Shown here piece after piece: positions 14,655-22,948 of a stretch of DNA of 24,000 nt. The DNA is from Acidobacteriota bacterium. GTDB lineage: Bacteria > Acidobacteriota > Terriglobia > Versatilivoradales > Versatilivoraceae. Location: positions 5,834 to 29,833 of the forward strand of contig QHZP01000117.1 in the NCBI GenBank assembly GCA_003224715.1, in the 5' to 3' direction. The notes under the pieces were generated by a model. That model searched no databases, had not been told where the DNA came from, and was given only the letters and a program-made list of their open reading frames with translations. The translations under genes and the position numbers were made by a program. Numbering within the stretch: the stretch's first letter is position 1; each line of letters begins with the position of its first letter.

Positions 14655-16415
14655 TCAGAGTCCCGCAGGAAAGTATTGTCCCCACCGCGAATCGACCTTC
14701 TTTGCGACTGCGGGATCACAGAATAGCTCCTTTGGGTAGGCAGGCTTCATCCGGGCGTCAATGATCACGGGGCCCCGATAGCACAGGTGATGGCGCCAAA
14801 CTTCGAGGTTGGCCGCGTAAATATCCGCCGCGGGCTCAAAGCGGGTAAAGACGGACCACAGAAACAAGGACGGCGTCCTGGCGATACTGGCATCATCGCT
14901 CAGGACCAGCAAGGGCCAACCTTGAAATCCTTTCCACTGGGAGAGCCTCTCGGCTTGCTTTGGATCGTCCGAATATTTCAGTCCACCCAGCACCAGACAG
15001 CCTGGACAAAAGACTTGCACTTCGCTGACGTCACCAGGAGTCTCTCCCTGGAAGACATGCGGAAGCTGTCTGACAGGCTGACCTAGGCCCAGCAGAATTG
15101 CCTTGCTTCCCTTGTTGACCTCCGGACCACTGTAGTCCAAGGTATCCATGGAAAGATTAGAAATGACGAAAAGGTCTGTTTCCCAACGAACGCGCTGGAG
15201 AACGTGTTCGAGCAACTTGGGGAAATTTCTCAGGTCAATCGCGACGTCGGTTACCATCAGGAATTTGGTCAGCGAAAGTTGACCCTCTCCCAGGATCCTG
15301 AAGGCCGAGGCCATGGCCTCGCGCTCATACCGCTCTCGTACTACGGCGGCGGCAAGGGAATGAAAGCCTGTCTCACCATAGCTCCACAGATCTCGTACCC
15401 CGGGCATGACCAGCGGAAAAAGCGGACTGAGCAATGCCTGCAGGTAATCCCCAATGAAGAAATCTTCTTGCCGAGGTTTACCCACCACCGTGGCCGGATA
15501 AATAGCGTCACGACGATGATAGATCTTTTGCACATGAAAGACCGGATACTCGTGTTGCAGGGAATAGTAACCGTAATGATCGCCGAAGGGCCCTTCCAAA
15601 CGACGTTCCTGCGGTGGAACAAAGCCCTGCAAGACAAACTCTGATTCGGCCGGCAAGGGATGAGGGCCAAAGGAATCTCGAATCATAGGTATCCGCTCAC
15701 CGGCCAACAGGGATGCAATGACCAACTCTCCCACGTTTTCGGGCAGCGGGGATACCGCAGCTAAGAGAAGGGCAGGAGGCCCTCCCAGGAAAACAGTCAC
15801 CGGCAGCGGCTCATTGAGCTGCTCGGCCACCGAATAATGAAATCCACCTCCCTTTTGGATTTGCCAATGCATCCCCGTTGACATGGCGTCATAGCGTTGC
15901 AGCCGATAAATTCCCAGGTTATGTCTCTTGTCCCTGGGATGTTCTGTGTATACCAGAGGAAGCGTGATAAAAGGGCCTCCATCTTCCTGCCATGTGGTCA
16001 GGACGGGAAGAGCATTCAGATTAGCCGGATATTGTAAGACGTCTACGACCGGTCCATGCTTAACATGACGTGTTCCCAACTTCAGGGCCTCTAAAGCCAG
16101 ATTCCGATTTTGCCAAAACTTGGAAAACCCTGGTGGCAGAAGGGTCTCGACAAACTTGACCACCTGCTGCAGGAGTTGCAGCGGGCGAGATCCAAACGCC
16201 AGTTCAATTCTCTTGGCCGTTCCAAAAAGATTGGTAACCACCGGAAAGGCGCTCCCTTTGATATGCTTGAAGAGCAAAGCGGGTCCACTCTGATCAATCA
16301 CCCTCCGGTGAATTTCGGCTGCTTCCAAATAGGGATCCACCTCTACTTCAATCGTGGCAAGATCCTGCTCGTGGCGCAGCAGATCCAGAAATTGTCGGAG
16401 ACTATGAAGTCGCAT
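14655..16415 (-). CDS. UbiD-family (prFMN-dependent) decarboxylase, long form resembling menaquinone-biosynthesis decarboxylases
   Basis: UbiD N-terminus LRQFLDLLRHEQDLATIEVEVDPYLEAAEIHRRV..GPALLF, then GIYRLQ and FGDHYGYYS. At 586 aa it is about 100 aa longer than classical UbiD, like the SCO4490/epsilonproteobacterial type (from memory). Confidence 0.8.
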   Translation of the reverse strand: MRLHSLRQFLDLLRHEQDLATIEVEVDPYLEAAEIHRRVIDQSGPALLFKHIKGSAFPVVTNLFGTAKRIELAFGSRPLQLLQQVVKFVETLLPPGFSKFWQNRNLALEALKLGTRHVKHGPVVDVLQYPANLNALPVLTTWQEDGGPFITLPLVYTEHPRDKRHNLGIYRLQRYDAMSTGMHWQIQKGGGFHYSVAEQLNEPLPVTVFLGGPPALLLAAVSPLPENVGELVIASLLAGERIPMIRDSFGPHPLPAESEFVLQGFVPPQERRLEGPFGDHYGYYSLQHEYPVFHVQKIYHRRDAIYPATVVGKPRQEDFFIGDYLQALLSPLFPLVMPGVRDLWSYGETGFHSLAAAVVRERYEREAMASAFRILGEGQLSLTKFLMVTDVAIDLRNFPKLLEHVLQRVRWETDLFVISNLSMDTLDYSGPEVNKGSKAILLGLGQPVRQLPHVFQGETPGDVSEVQVFCPGCLVLGGLKYSDDPKQAERLSQWKGFQGWPLLVLSDDASIARTPSLFLWSVFTRFEPAADIYAANLEVWRHHLCYRGPVIIDARMKPAYPKELFCDPAVAKKVDSRWGQYFPAGL

Positions 16416-16458
16416 GAATTGACTTAGTGACGAGGGATCTTCGGTTCACTGAAGCTAT

Positions 16459-16646
16459 CTAGTAGCGAGCCATCTCAGATCTCCCAGCATTACGGCTCCA
16501 TCGGCCACTGACCCCTCACCCGATCCGCCGTCCGGCGGACCACCCTCTCCCAACCGGAGAGGCATGGGGGCTTTGAGAAAGCTCCCGACAACAGGTTAAC
16601 AAACTTGACCAAAGTTTGAACTTTTTCGCCCGCCAGTAACCATCAT
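16459..16646 (-). repeat. Family B GC-rich palindromic repeat, copy B3 (inverted relative to B2)
   Basis: The reverse complement aligns with 5091-5283 (ttcaaactttggtcaagtttgttaacctg...gggagctttctcaaagc...gggagagggtggtccgcc..cggcgga.cgggtgaggggtcag). It lacks the left ccctcaccc arm. Boundaries are approximate and touch the PiT stop codon. Confidence 0.65.
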
Positions 16647-17776
16647 GATAGGAAAGCATCGAGGATGAACCAACTGGTACCGGCGAGCAACCCTGCGGCA
16701 GGCAGAGTAATGACCCAGGCTTGGACCATTGAGATAACGGTTTTCCATTGCAGACTGTGACCCGAACGACAGAGACCAAGTCCGATGATGGCACCTGAAG
16801 AAACGTGGGTGGTGGAAACTGGAATCCCCCAGCGGGAAGCGAACGCAACCATAAAACTGGTAATCAGATTGGCAGAAAGCCCTTCAACAGGGCTCATGAT
16901 GGTAATTTTCTCCGCCAGGGTTTTTGTTACGCGCGAACCCCCCAGGAGACTACCCACTCCCATGGCCAGCGCGACAACAACAAACAGCAAGGAGGAATCC
17001 TGATTGAGAAAAAGTGTCAAAGTCGTGCCTAAAGCGACGATCTTCGGTGCATCGTTCAGGCCGCGAGCAAAACTGGTGAGCCCGCTGGAAAACCAATGCA
17101 GAGCGTCATCAAGCCGGAATCCTACGACGGTTGCAGAACTGGCTTGGCAATGGTCAAAGTGATCAACCACCAGGCGCATCGAAGGCATTGGCTCGTCCGT
17201 GACCGGACTGCCGGCAATCCCAACTGCTGCAGCGAGCTGCACACGCCGCGCCTCGGCACAGGCGCACCCTTTGCTCAACGGTGTGAGTGCTCGGCGGAGC
17301 GCAGGGAAGAGGATCCATAAAGTCATTAAGGCTATCAAAGGGCTGAACAGAAGCGGAACCAAGATCGTCTTCGATACTGAAGCCCACAAGATTCCATGCC
17401 ATCCGAAGGCCATCACACCAGCGCCGCATAGAGCCCCGATGATGGCGTGAGTGGTGGAAACAGGCAAGCCTGTTTTTGTCGCAAATAGCACCCATCCGAT
17501 GGCGCCCATCAGGACTGCGTTTAAAAAGAGGCTGGAAATCTGAAATCGCGAGTCGACTACTCCCCGGCTGAAAGCTGCCACCAGGCCTTGCGAAAAATAC
17601 GCAGAAACCAGCGAGCCCCCCGTTGTCCAGGCAGTACCCCAGAGAATAGCCCGTTGATAATTAGTCACGCCGCTGCCTACTAAGGTGGCGACACCCTTGG
17701 AGATGTCGTTAGAGCCATTGGCGTAAGCGAGGGCAAACACGCCAAAGAACAAACATAAGTTCAAAAGGGGAAGCAT
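16643..17776 (-). CDS. Inorganic phosphate transporter, PiT (PHO4) family
   Basis: The two PHO4 signature halves are NGSNDISKGVATLVGSG and GIPVSTTHVSSGAIIGLG / GLPVSTTHAIIGAL, and the protein is polytopic. The start is uncertain (17776, 17836 or 17878). Confidence 0.85.
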   Translation of the reverse strand: MLPLLNLCLFFGVFALAYANGSNDISKGVATLVGSGVTNYQRAILWGTAWTTGGSLVSAYFSQGLVAAFSRGVVDSRFQISSLFLNAVLMGAIGWVLFATKTGLPVSTTHAIIGALCGAGVMAFGWHGILWASVSKTILVPLLFSPLIALMTLWILFPALRRALTPLSKGCACAEARRVQLAAAVGIAGSPVTDEPMPSMRLVVDHFDHCQASSATVVGFRLDDALHWFSSGLTSFARGLNDAPKIVALGTTLTLFLNQDSSLLFVVVALAMGVGSLLGGSRVTKTLAEKITIMSPVEGLSANLITSFMVAFASRWGIPVSTTHVSSGAIIGLGLCRSGHSLQWKTVISMVQAWVITLPAAGLLAGTSWFILDAFLS

Positions 17777-17987
17777 CCTTGTCTTCTCCACAACGGTCAG
17801 AAGGGGGAAGCCTTGTCCAGTTTCTGACCTATTCATCCTCGTGCTGTTACTCTCGTTCGGTTGGCAACTTTGAATCAACTAAGAGCAGAAGCATGAGCAC
17901 GAGTACGATTCTTCATCGATTCAATTGAGAAGCCCATATATTGCAGGTTTGAGGGACAGCCTGGTACCCAAATTAGGCACCACTGAT

Positions 17988-18113
17988 CTCCCCTCACCCC
18001 CGTCCCTCCTTGGTCCCCGCTGCCCTGATGAGGGCTAGGGGGGAGTATTTCCTTTTTTGGATAACCGCCCTCTCCCACGGGGAGAGGGTGCCCGAAGGGC
18101 GGGTGAGGGGGCC
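17988..18113. repeat. Family B GC-rich palindromic repeat, copy B4
   Basis: ctcccctcaccccc...ccctctcccacggggagagggtgcccgaagggcgggtgaggggg shares the ctctccc-N4-gggagaggg and gggtgaggg modules with B1-B3. Confidence 0.6.
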
Positions 18114-18186
18114 GTTGCTTGCAGAGCGTAGATTTGGTGACACCCACATCTTCCCCAGCTGCAGGACTTGGATGGCAAGCCCCTCT

Positions 18187-20730
18187 TCAGCAGCACGACG
18201 AACTCCCAGGAGCGCAGCATGAGTACTCAATATGACTCCCGTCGGCCCCAGGCTCCAAAATAACAAATGACCCTTGATAGGGGGGATTCATTAACTTTGA
18301 AGCGGTGTCGGTGCAGACTTCAATGGGCTCATTGCGCGGGAAAAGATGACCTTCTTCATCCATGACGGCCTTTTGCGGCCCCAGATAAATGGCCCGCTGG
18401 CCCTTGAACACGCACCCTGTCGTTTTTTCGAATTTGTAGCCACGCACCGTCACTGAGTAAAATTTATAGCCTTCCACTTCCTTCCAATAGGTTTTCTTCA
18501 GTACCTGCAATCCATAAAAACCGGCTCGTTCGAGGTAGACAAGAAATTCCTCCTCGGTAAGAGCGCCAGCAATACACGCGCCCCATAACATGCGGTTCAC
18601 CCGTAAGTGGCTGGGGACAGTCTCCTCACTCACGATGTCACTGACGACAATGCGACCATGGTCTTTCAACACTCGCCACATTTCGCGAAAAACGGCTTTC
18701 TTGTCGGGAGACAAATTGATCACACAGTTAGAAGTGATGAGGTCTGCCGTTCTGCTTTCGACGGGAATTTGTTCAAGGTAACCGCAGCGGAACTCCACCA
18801 CGTCATAGCCAAGGTTATCAGCCACGGGTTGTTTGTTACGATTTGCAAGCGTGAGCATCTGATCGGTCATATCGACACCGATCACCTTTCCCGCCGGGCC
18901 CACTTTCTTGGCTGCAATAAAACAATCGATTCCGCCTCCTGAGCCAAGATCGATGCTGGTCTCACCAGGCGCGAGGCTCGCCATTGTCACGGGAGAACCA
19001 CAGCCATAAAATCGATCAATGACCTCTTGGGGGATATGGCTGATGTCTGACTGGTCGTAGTGGGTCGGACAACACAGACTCGCTTGCGGCTCCTCAGCAG
19101 CCTTGCCATAAAATTCCTGGACAACCCGGCGCGATTTTTCAATGTCGAATGCCAGCACGCAATTAGAATGAAGGGTAGCCACGGCCGTATCGCTGCGAAC
19201 GTCGATCTGATCTGTGTCTGTGCCGCAGGCCACAGCGCCATCCCCCATGGCATGAAAGATAATTGGCGCACTGAAGCCGGAACGTCGATTGAACGCCCGC
19301 TTCTTCTCACTGGCCAGGTCCAGCATGACGTCGTGAGCGATGGCCGTATAAACGTCGTAGTAAGGATCCGGGGCCAGCAGGTTGCCGCCTTGGGATTTAT
19401 CCAGACTGAAAAAGTAGCTGTGTTCGATATCACCGCCGCCTGTGATGTATTTAAAGGGATCATCTACGGGGAGCTGCTTTGACACCACTGACGCCCGTCG
19501 AAATTCTTGGGCCAGTCCTGAGTTTTGCCAGATTTCGCGAAGATTACCGTTGCTGATCATACCAGCAGCTAGCGGTTTGAAATTGGCCGTGGCGGCGGAA
19601 GGATAAACCATGCCGTCCGAATACACGCACATCGAATCCCAGAATTGATTTCCGAGGTCGTATTTCACAAAGGGCCGGCCGTTCACCCTTAACTTCATGG
19701 ATTCGATGTTATCAATGGTCACGCCCAGCGATTGAGCGCGCTGCTTGGTGGCACGCACGATACGGGTCAAGTCCTCTGTGGAGGGGAATGACTTGGGCAT
19801 TGTTTCCAGTACCCGACCACGCCGATGCATCCACATCAAATGCTGAGACTGTGCGCCCCAGTCTTTGACCAATTGGGTGATCTCGGGAATCTCCTCCAGA
19901 TTTTCTGTCATGACCACCGTGGTGAGGGAGACCGGAAATCCGAGCCGGGTGGCGCTACGAGTTCCTTGGCAAATCTGCTCAAATGTGCCGGCACCGCGCA
20001 GACGATCATTGGTTTCGGGTCTGGCGCCGTCCAGCGACACCTGAAGGCGCAGCCGGTCGCGAGAGGCGGCCTCGAGTTTCTTGAGACGCGTGTCGTGAAG
20101 CAAGGTGGCGTTGGTCAAAATGATTAGTTCCGCCTCTTTCTTCTCGGTGATGTAGTGGATCAGTTGGAAGATATCCGGGCGTGCGAACGGCTCGCCGCCC
20201 GTGAAATAGAGGCGTTCTACACCGCAATCAACTGCCTGGTCGACGATATTGAGGAGCTTGACGGTAGACAGACCGCGGTCGGCGGCGGGTGATGAGCTCA
20301 CCAGGCAGTGCGTGCAAGTCAGATTGCAGGAATTGTTGGTGTGAATCCACAATTCTCGAAGTTTCTCAAGTTTCAGGTGGGCCGAGCGTCCGCCATAGGG
20401 GAATCGCTCGATGGGTGTCGTCGAAACCACTTGAGCGCGCAGGGCGTCCCGCAGAAAGGAATGCACATGCAACCAGGCAACAGCGCTTGTCACCTGAAAG
20501 GATTCCGTGTAGCGACGCACCAATTCTCCCAAGGTGACCTTCTGATCCAGCCATCTTAAGATCTGCCCTCCCCGGCTGTCAGTGGCGATCCAATTCGGAC
20601 CTTCAGGATCGATGGCAATATGAACATCGTTCTCTTCGAGATGCCGAACGTCAGGAAGATAAAATAGTTGATCTTCTTTAAGCTCCAACATGATGTATCT
20701 TTTCTCCTTTGGTTCCCAATGAGCATTCAT
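18187..20730 (-). CDS. Fusion protein: PqqD/RRE-like domain + radical SAM core (degenerate SPASM region) + ArsM-type As(III) S-adenosylmethionine methyltransferase
   Basis: CNLTCTHC (aa 135-142, nt 20305-20328) and FTGGEPF mark the radical SAM core. The PqqD-like stretch is aa ~40-105. The ArsM domain is aa ~535-847 with [32 protein letters not shown] and C-terminal SCC..SSCC. An alternative start is ATG 20691, with aaggag upstream. Confidence 0.85.
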   Translation of the reverse strand: MNAHWEPKEKRYIMLELKEDQLFYLPDVRHLEENDVHIAIDPEGPNWIATDSRGGQILRWLDQKVTLGELVRRYTESFQVTSAVAWLHVHSFLRDALRAQVVSTTPIERFPYGGRSAHLKLEKLRELWIHTNNSCNLTCTHCLVSSSPAADRGLSTVKLLNIVDQAVDCGVERLYFTGGEPFARPDIFQLIHYITEKKEAELIILTNATLLHDTRLKKLEAASRDRLRLQVSLDGARPETNDRLRGAGTFEQICQGTRSATRLGFPVSLTTVVMTENLEEIPEITQLVKDWGAQSQHLMWMHRRGRVLETMPKSFPSTEDLTRIVRATKQRAQSLGVTIDNIESMKLRVNGRPFVKYDLGNQFWDSMCVYSDGMVYPSAATANFKPLAAGMISNGNLREIWQNSGLAQEFRRASVVSKQLPVDDPFKYITGGGDIEHSYFFSLDKSQGGNLLAPDPYYDVYTAIAHDVMLDLASEKKRAFNRRSGFSAPIIFHAMGDGAVACGTDTDQIDVRSDTAVATLHSNCVLAFDIEKSRRVVQEFYGKAAEEPQASLCCPTHYDQSDISHIPQEVIDRFYGCGSPVTMASLAPGETSIDLGSGGGIDCFIAAKKVGPAGKVIGVDMTDQMLTLANRNKQPVADNLGYDVVEFRCGYLEQIPVESRTADLITSNCVINLSPDKKAVFREMWRVLKDHGRIVVSDIVSEETVPSHLRVNRMLWGACIAGALTEEEFLVYLERAGFYGLQVLKKTYWKEVEGYKFYSVTVRGYKFEKTTGCVFKGQRAIYLGPQKAVMDEEGHLFPRNEPIEVCTDTASKLMNPPYQGSFVILEPGADGSHIEYSCCAPGSSSCC

Positions 20731-20769
20731 ACCAAGGTACGAACAAAAGAATATATTGAGTCGGGTGTG

Positions 20770-20795
20770 GCTCGGAATTTCTTCACACCTTCAGG
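20770..20795. repeat. Solo copy of the B1 terminal repeat motif
   Basis: gctcggaatttcttcacaccttcagg matches gctcggaattttttcacaccttctcagg at 1639-1665. It lies in the 108-nt spacer between the DUF2064 gene and the rSAM-ArsM gene. Confidence 0.4.
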
Positions 20796-20839
20796 GACTG
20801 AATTCCTGATTGGAAAATGTTTTTACGAGGGGCAGTGAG

Positions 20840-21574
20840 CTAATGCAGAAAAAGCGGAGGAGGGGGAAGCTGATTGACCCTGCGGATGTGGTCGAACATC
20901 CGTAAAATACAGCCTAGAACCGCAGTCTGATCAGGCTGAGATAGGTTAGAGTTGCGCAGATCCAGCAATAAGGCGCGAAGAGGGCCGCCAAGCCGGCAGC
21001 GACGAAGAATCGTTTGCAGGTCAAAACGATCGTCCAGATCATAACAGGCTTCAAGAATTTCCAGGCGTTCGTTCTGGCTGTCGCACTCCTTGACAAGCTG
21101 CGCAAAATCGGTGTTGGCATTCCACTCAATGTTGGAGAGAACCTGAAAATTCTCTCGCGTGACACCAAGCAGATACACGCCGCCCTTCTGATCCGGGCCC
21201 AAAATGATTGTTCCGTTTTTGAATCGCTCCCTGGCTTGACTCAGGAGTTGAACATCTAATTGAGGGCAATCGTTCCCCAAAACCAGAACGCGCTCGTAAC
21301 CCAATGCAAATAACTGTTGAATACTGTGGCAAAGTCTTTCTCCGAAGCCTCTGCCTTCCTGCGGAATGAGGCAGGCCCCAATCTTTTCAAACTCAGAGTT
21401 CTCATCAGGCGGGATTGCAAGGTATACGTCATTCAAAAAAACCTTCTGAGAAGCCTTGACCACGCGACGGGTAAACGACGCGAAAACCCTCTTCGCACTC
21501 TTTGATTGCCTCGGGGGAAACTTATTAGAAGAGTGCCGCAGGCTGGCAAAAATGAGAACCGCCGTTGAGTCCAT
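20840..21574 (-). CDS. DUF2064 / TIGR04282-like (GT-A fold, glycosyltransferase-like) protein
   Basis: RVLVLGNDCPQLDVQLLSQA...ILGPDQKGGVYLLGV...IEWNANTDF...LEACYDLDDRFDLQTIL fits the DUF2064 pattern (GtDcPqL ... GPa.DGGYyLiG ... W.t..v ... DvD...DL). The N-terminal KTRL-type motif is not recognisable. Start is ATG 21574 or TTG 21592. Confidence 0.65.
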   Translation of the reverse strand: MDSTAVLIFASLRHSSNKFPPRQSKSAKRVFASFTRRVVKASQKVFLNDVYLAIPPDENSEFEKIGACLIPQEGRGFGERLCHSIQQLFALGYERVLVLGNDCPQLDVQLLSQARERFKNGTIILGPDQKGGVYLLGVTRENFQVLSNIEWNANTDFAQLVKECDSQNERLEILEACYDLDDRFDLQTILRRCRLGGPLRALLLDLRNSNLSQPDQTAVLGCILRMFDHIRRVNQLPPPPLFLH

Positions 21575-21659
21575 GAGTGGCAATAGGTCCAACAGATTTC
21601 AAAACGATGCTTTTCGGCTTTGACGCAGATCCTAGGACGCCGTAGAAATCGCGTCTGTG

Positions 21660-21688
21660 AATATACTATTCCAAGGGCTCGAGAGCAA
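21660..21688 (-). promoter_or_regulatory. Putative sigma70-type promoter upstream of the DUF2064 gene
   Basis: The minus strand reads TTGCTC (21683-21688), 17-nt spacer, TATATT (21660-21665). Sequence pattern only. Confidence 0.3.
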
Positions 21689-21721
21689 GCATTTCGACCT
21701 TTGTCGCCCGATCTCTTTGAC

Positions 21722-22903
21722 TTATTTTTTAAAAATCGCTTTCAGTTTGTGCACAATCTCTTCGGGTTCGTTGTCGCCGAGACACTGTGGGAAAAAGACA
21801 ATAGTTCCCTGTGAAGCCAGGTTTTCGTAGGTACAGATAATCGGCTCACCTTCCTGAAGCGCATTGATCAATGCGTGGGCATCCAGGCCCGCTCTGTTGG
21901 GATCCACTTGCACATGCGCCGAAGGGACTGGCTGTCCACTTGGCAAGGGAAAAATGCGATGAGCGCATAGCCCGGAAATTTTCTCGACGCCGGCAATGAG
22001 GGTATCGATTCGTTCGTGCCAGGCTTTCAATTCTGCCTCAAAGTCGCGGGTAGCATAAAGTTCTAAAGCGGCGATGAGGCCTGCTATCTCTTCCTTTCCG
22101 ACCTTGAGACCGCGTCCAACCCCGTGATGAGGCGGTCCCGAGAGTGTCCCGTCCACAATCAAGTGCCGCCATGGCCAGGTTTCCGGAAAAACATCCATAT
22201 CTTGATGTTGTAAGGCCACCGAGAGAATCAGATCACGCCTGCCGCATAGGATCCCGCTGGCTTGTGGGCCTCCAATATGTTTTCCTCCGCTAAAGGCTAC
22301 CAGGTCGGCGCCCTGGGCGATGAATTTTCGCAGATTCTCGGCTGGGGGCAGTTCAGCCGCTGCATCGATGATGACGGGAACGTGGTTTGAATGGGCAATC
22401 TGGACGATTTGCTCCAAAGAGAGGCTCCCTTCAACCGACCCGGCTAGAAAGAAGATGGCAGCTGTCTTGTCATTGATAGCTCGTTCCACTTCATAAGGGA
22501 AAGTTGCGTAATTGAAACCTACCTCTACCACTTTGGCCCCGGCGGCTCGTAAAGCGTGATCGTAGTCATTCCGATGGACGCGTTGAATGATGACTTCATT
22601 TTTCATGCCGCGAGCGTCAGGCAAACGGTTCATCTTCAGGGGGTCCAGGCCCGCGATACAAGCTGCCATGCCTAGCGTCAGTCCAGCGGCGGCGCCGGAG
22701 GTCACATATCCGGCTTCGGCTCCTGTGAGCCTGGCGATAATTTGGCCTGCGGCCTGTTGTAAGTCTTCCATTCTGACGAATGACTCGGCTGCTTCTCGCA
22801 TGGCTTGGATCACTTCCGGAGCCATGAGCGAGCCCCCTGCCTTAGTGCTGTAGCTGCGAGCATTGATCACTCGACGCAAACCTAATTTCTGATAAAAATT
22901 CAT
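21722..22903 (-). CDS. SelA-fold (COG1921, DgaE-like) PLP-dependent enzyme
   Basis: VINARSYSTKAGGSLMAPEV, TGAEAGYVTSGAAAGL and FSGGKHIGGPQASGILCG (compare the SelA PLP-lysine motif FSGDKLLGGPQAG). It lacks the ~80-aa N-terminal tRNA-binding domain of genuine SelA. ATG 22903 has aaggag 9 nt upstream. Confidence 0.8.
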   Translation of the reverse strand: MNFYQKLGLRRVINARSYSTKAGGSLMAPEVIQAMREAAESFVRMEDLQQAAGQIIARLTGAEAGYVTSGAAAGLTLGMAACIAGLDPLKMNRLPDARGMKNEVIIQRVHRNDYDHALRAAGAKVVEVGFNYATFPYEVERAINDKTAAIFFLAGSVEGSLSLEQIVQIAHSNHVPVIIDAAAELPPAENLRKFIAQGADLVAFSGGKHIGGPQASGILCGRRDLILSVALQHQDMDVFPETWPWRHLIVDGTLSGPPHHGVGRGLKVGKEEIAGLIAALELYATRDFEAELKAWHERIDTLIAGVEKISGLCAHRIFPLPSGQPVPSAHVQVDPNRAGLDAHALINALQEGEPIICTYENLASQGTIVFFPQCLGDNEPEEIVHKLKAIFKK

Positions 22904-22948
22904 CGGTCTCACTCCTTGCCCTTCACTCACGATTGCTTTCCCACAGGC

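Noticed and set aside
14588-14719. 44-codon N-terminal extension of the DUF2071 ORF
   Set aside because: It would overlap the ubiD-like gene by 65 nt. The Arg/Asp-rich sequence has no family resemblance. The family N-terminus (MTWHDLLFIHW) starts at 14587.
16516-16848. 110-aa minus-strand ORF overlapping the PiT 3' end
   Set aside because: Its C-terminal half is a translation of repeat B3, and the rest is out of frame within the PiT gene. It is a shadow ORF.
17875-18266. Several 60-90-aa ORFs on both strands between PiT and the rSAM-ArsM gene
   Set aside because: All are translations of repeat B4 (…HPLPVGEGG…, …LSHGERVPEGRVRG…) or of the 3' end of the large gene in the wrong frame.
21722-22930. 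Genuine selenocysteine synthase SelA supporting the Sec candidate at 7812
   Set aside because: The protein lacks the SelA N-terminal tRNA-binding domain and is about 60-70 aa shorter. It resembles DgaE-type SelA-fold enzymes, so it is not evidence for Sec machinery.
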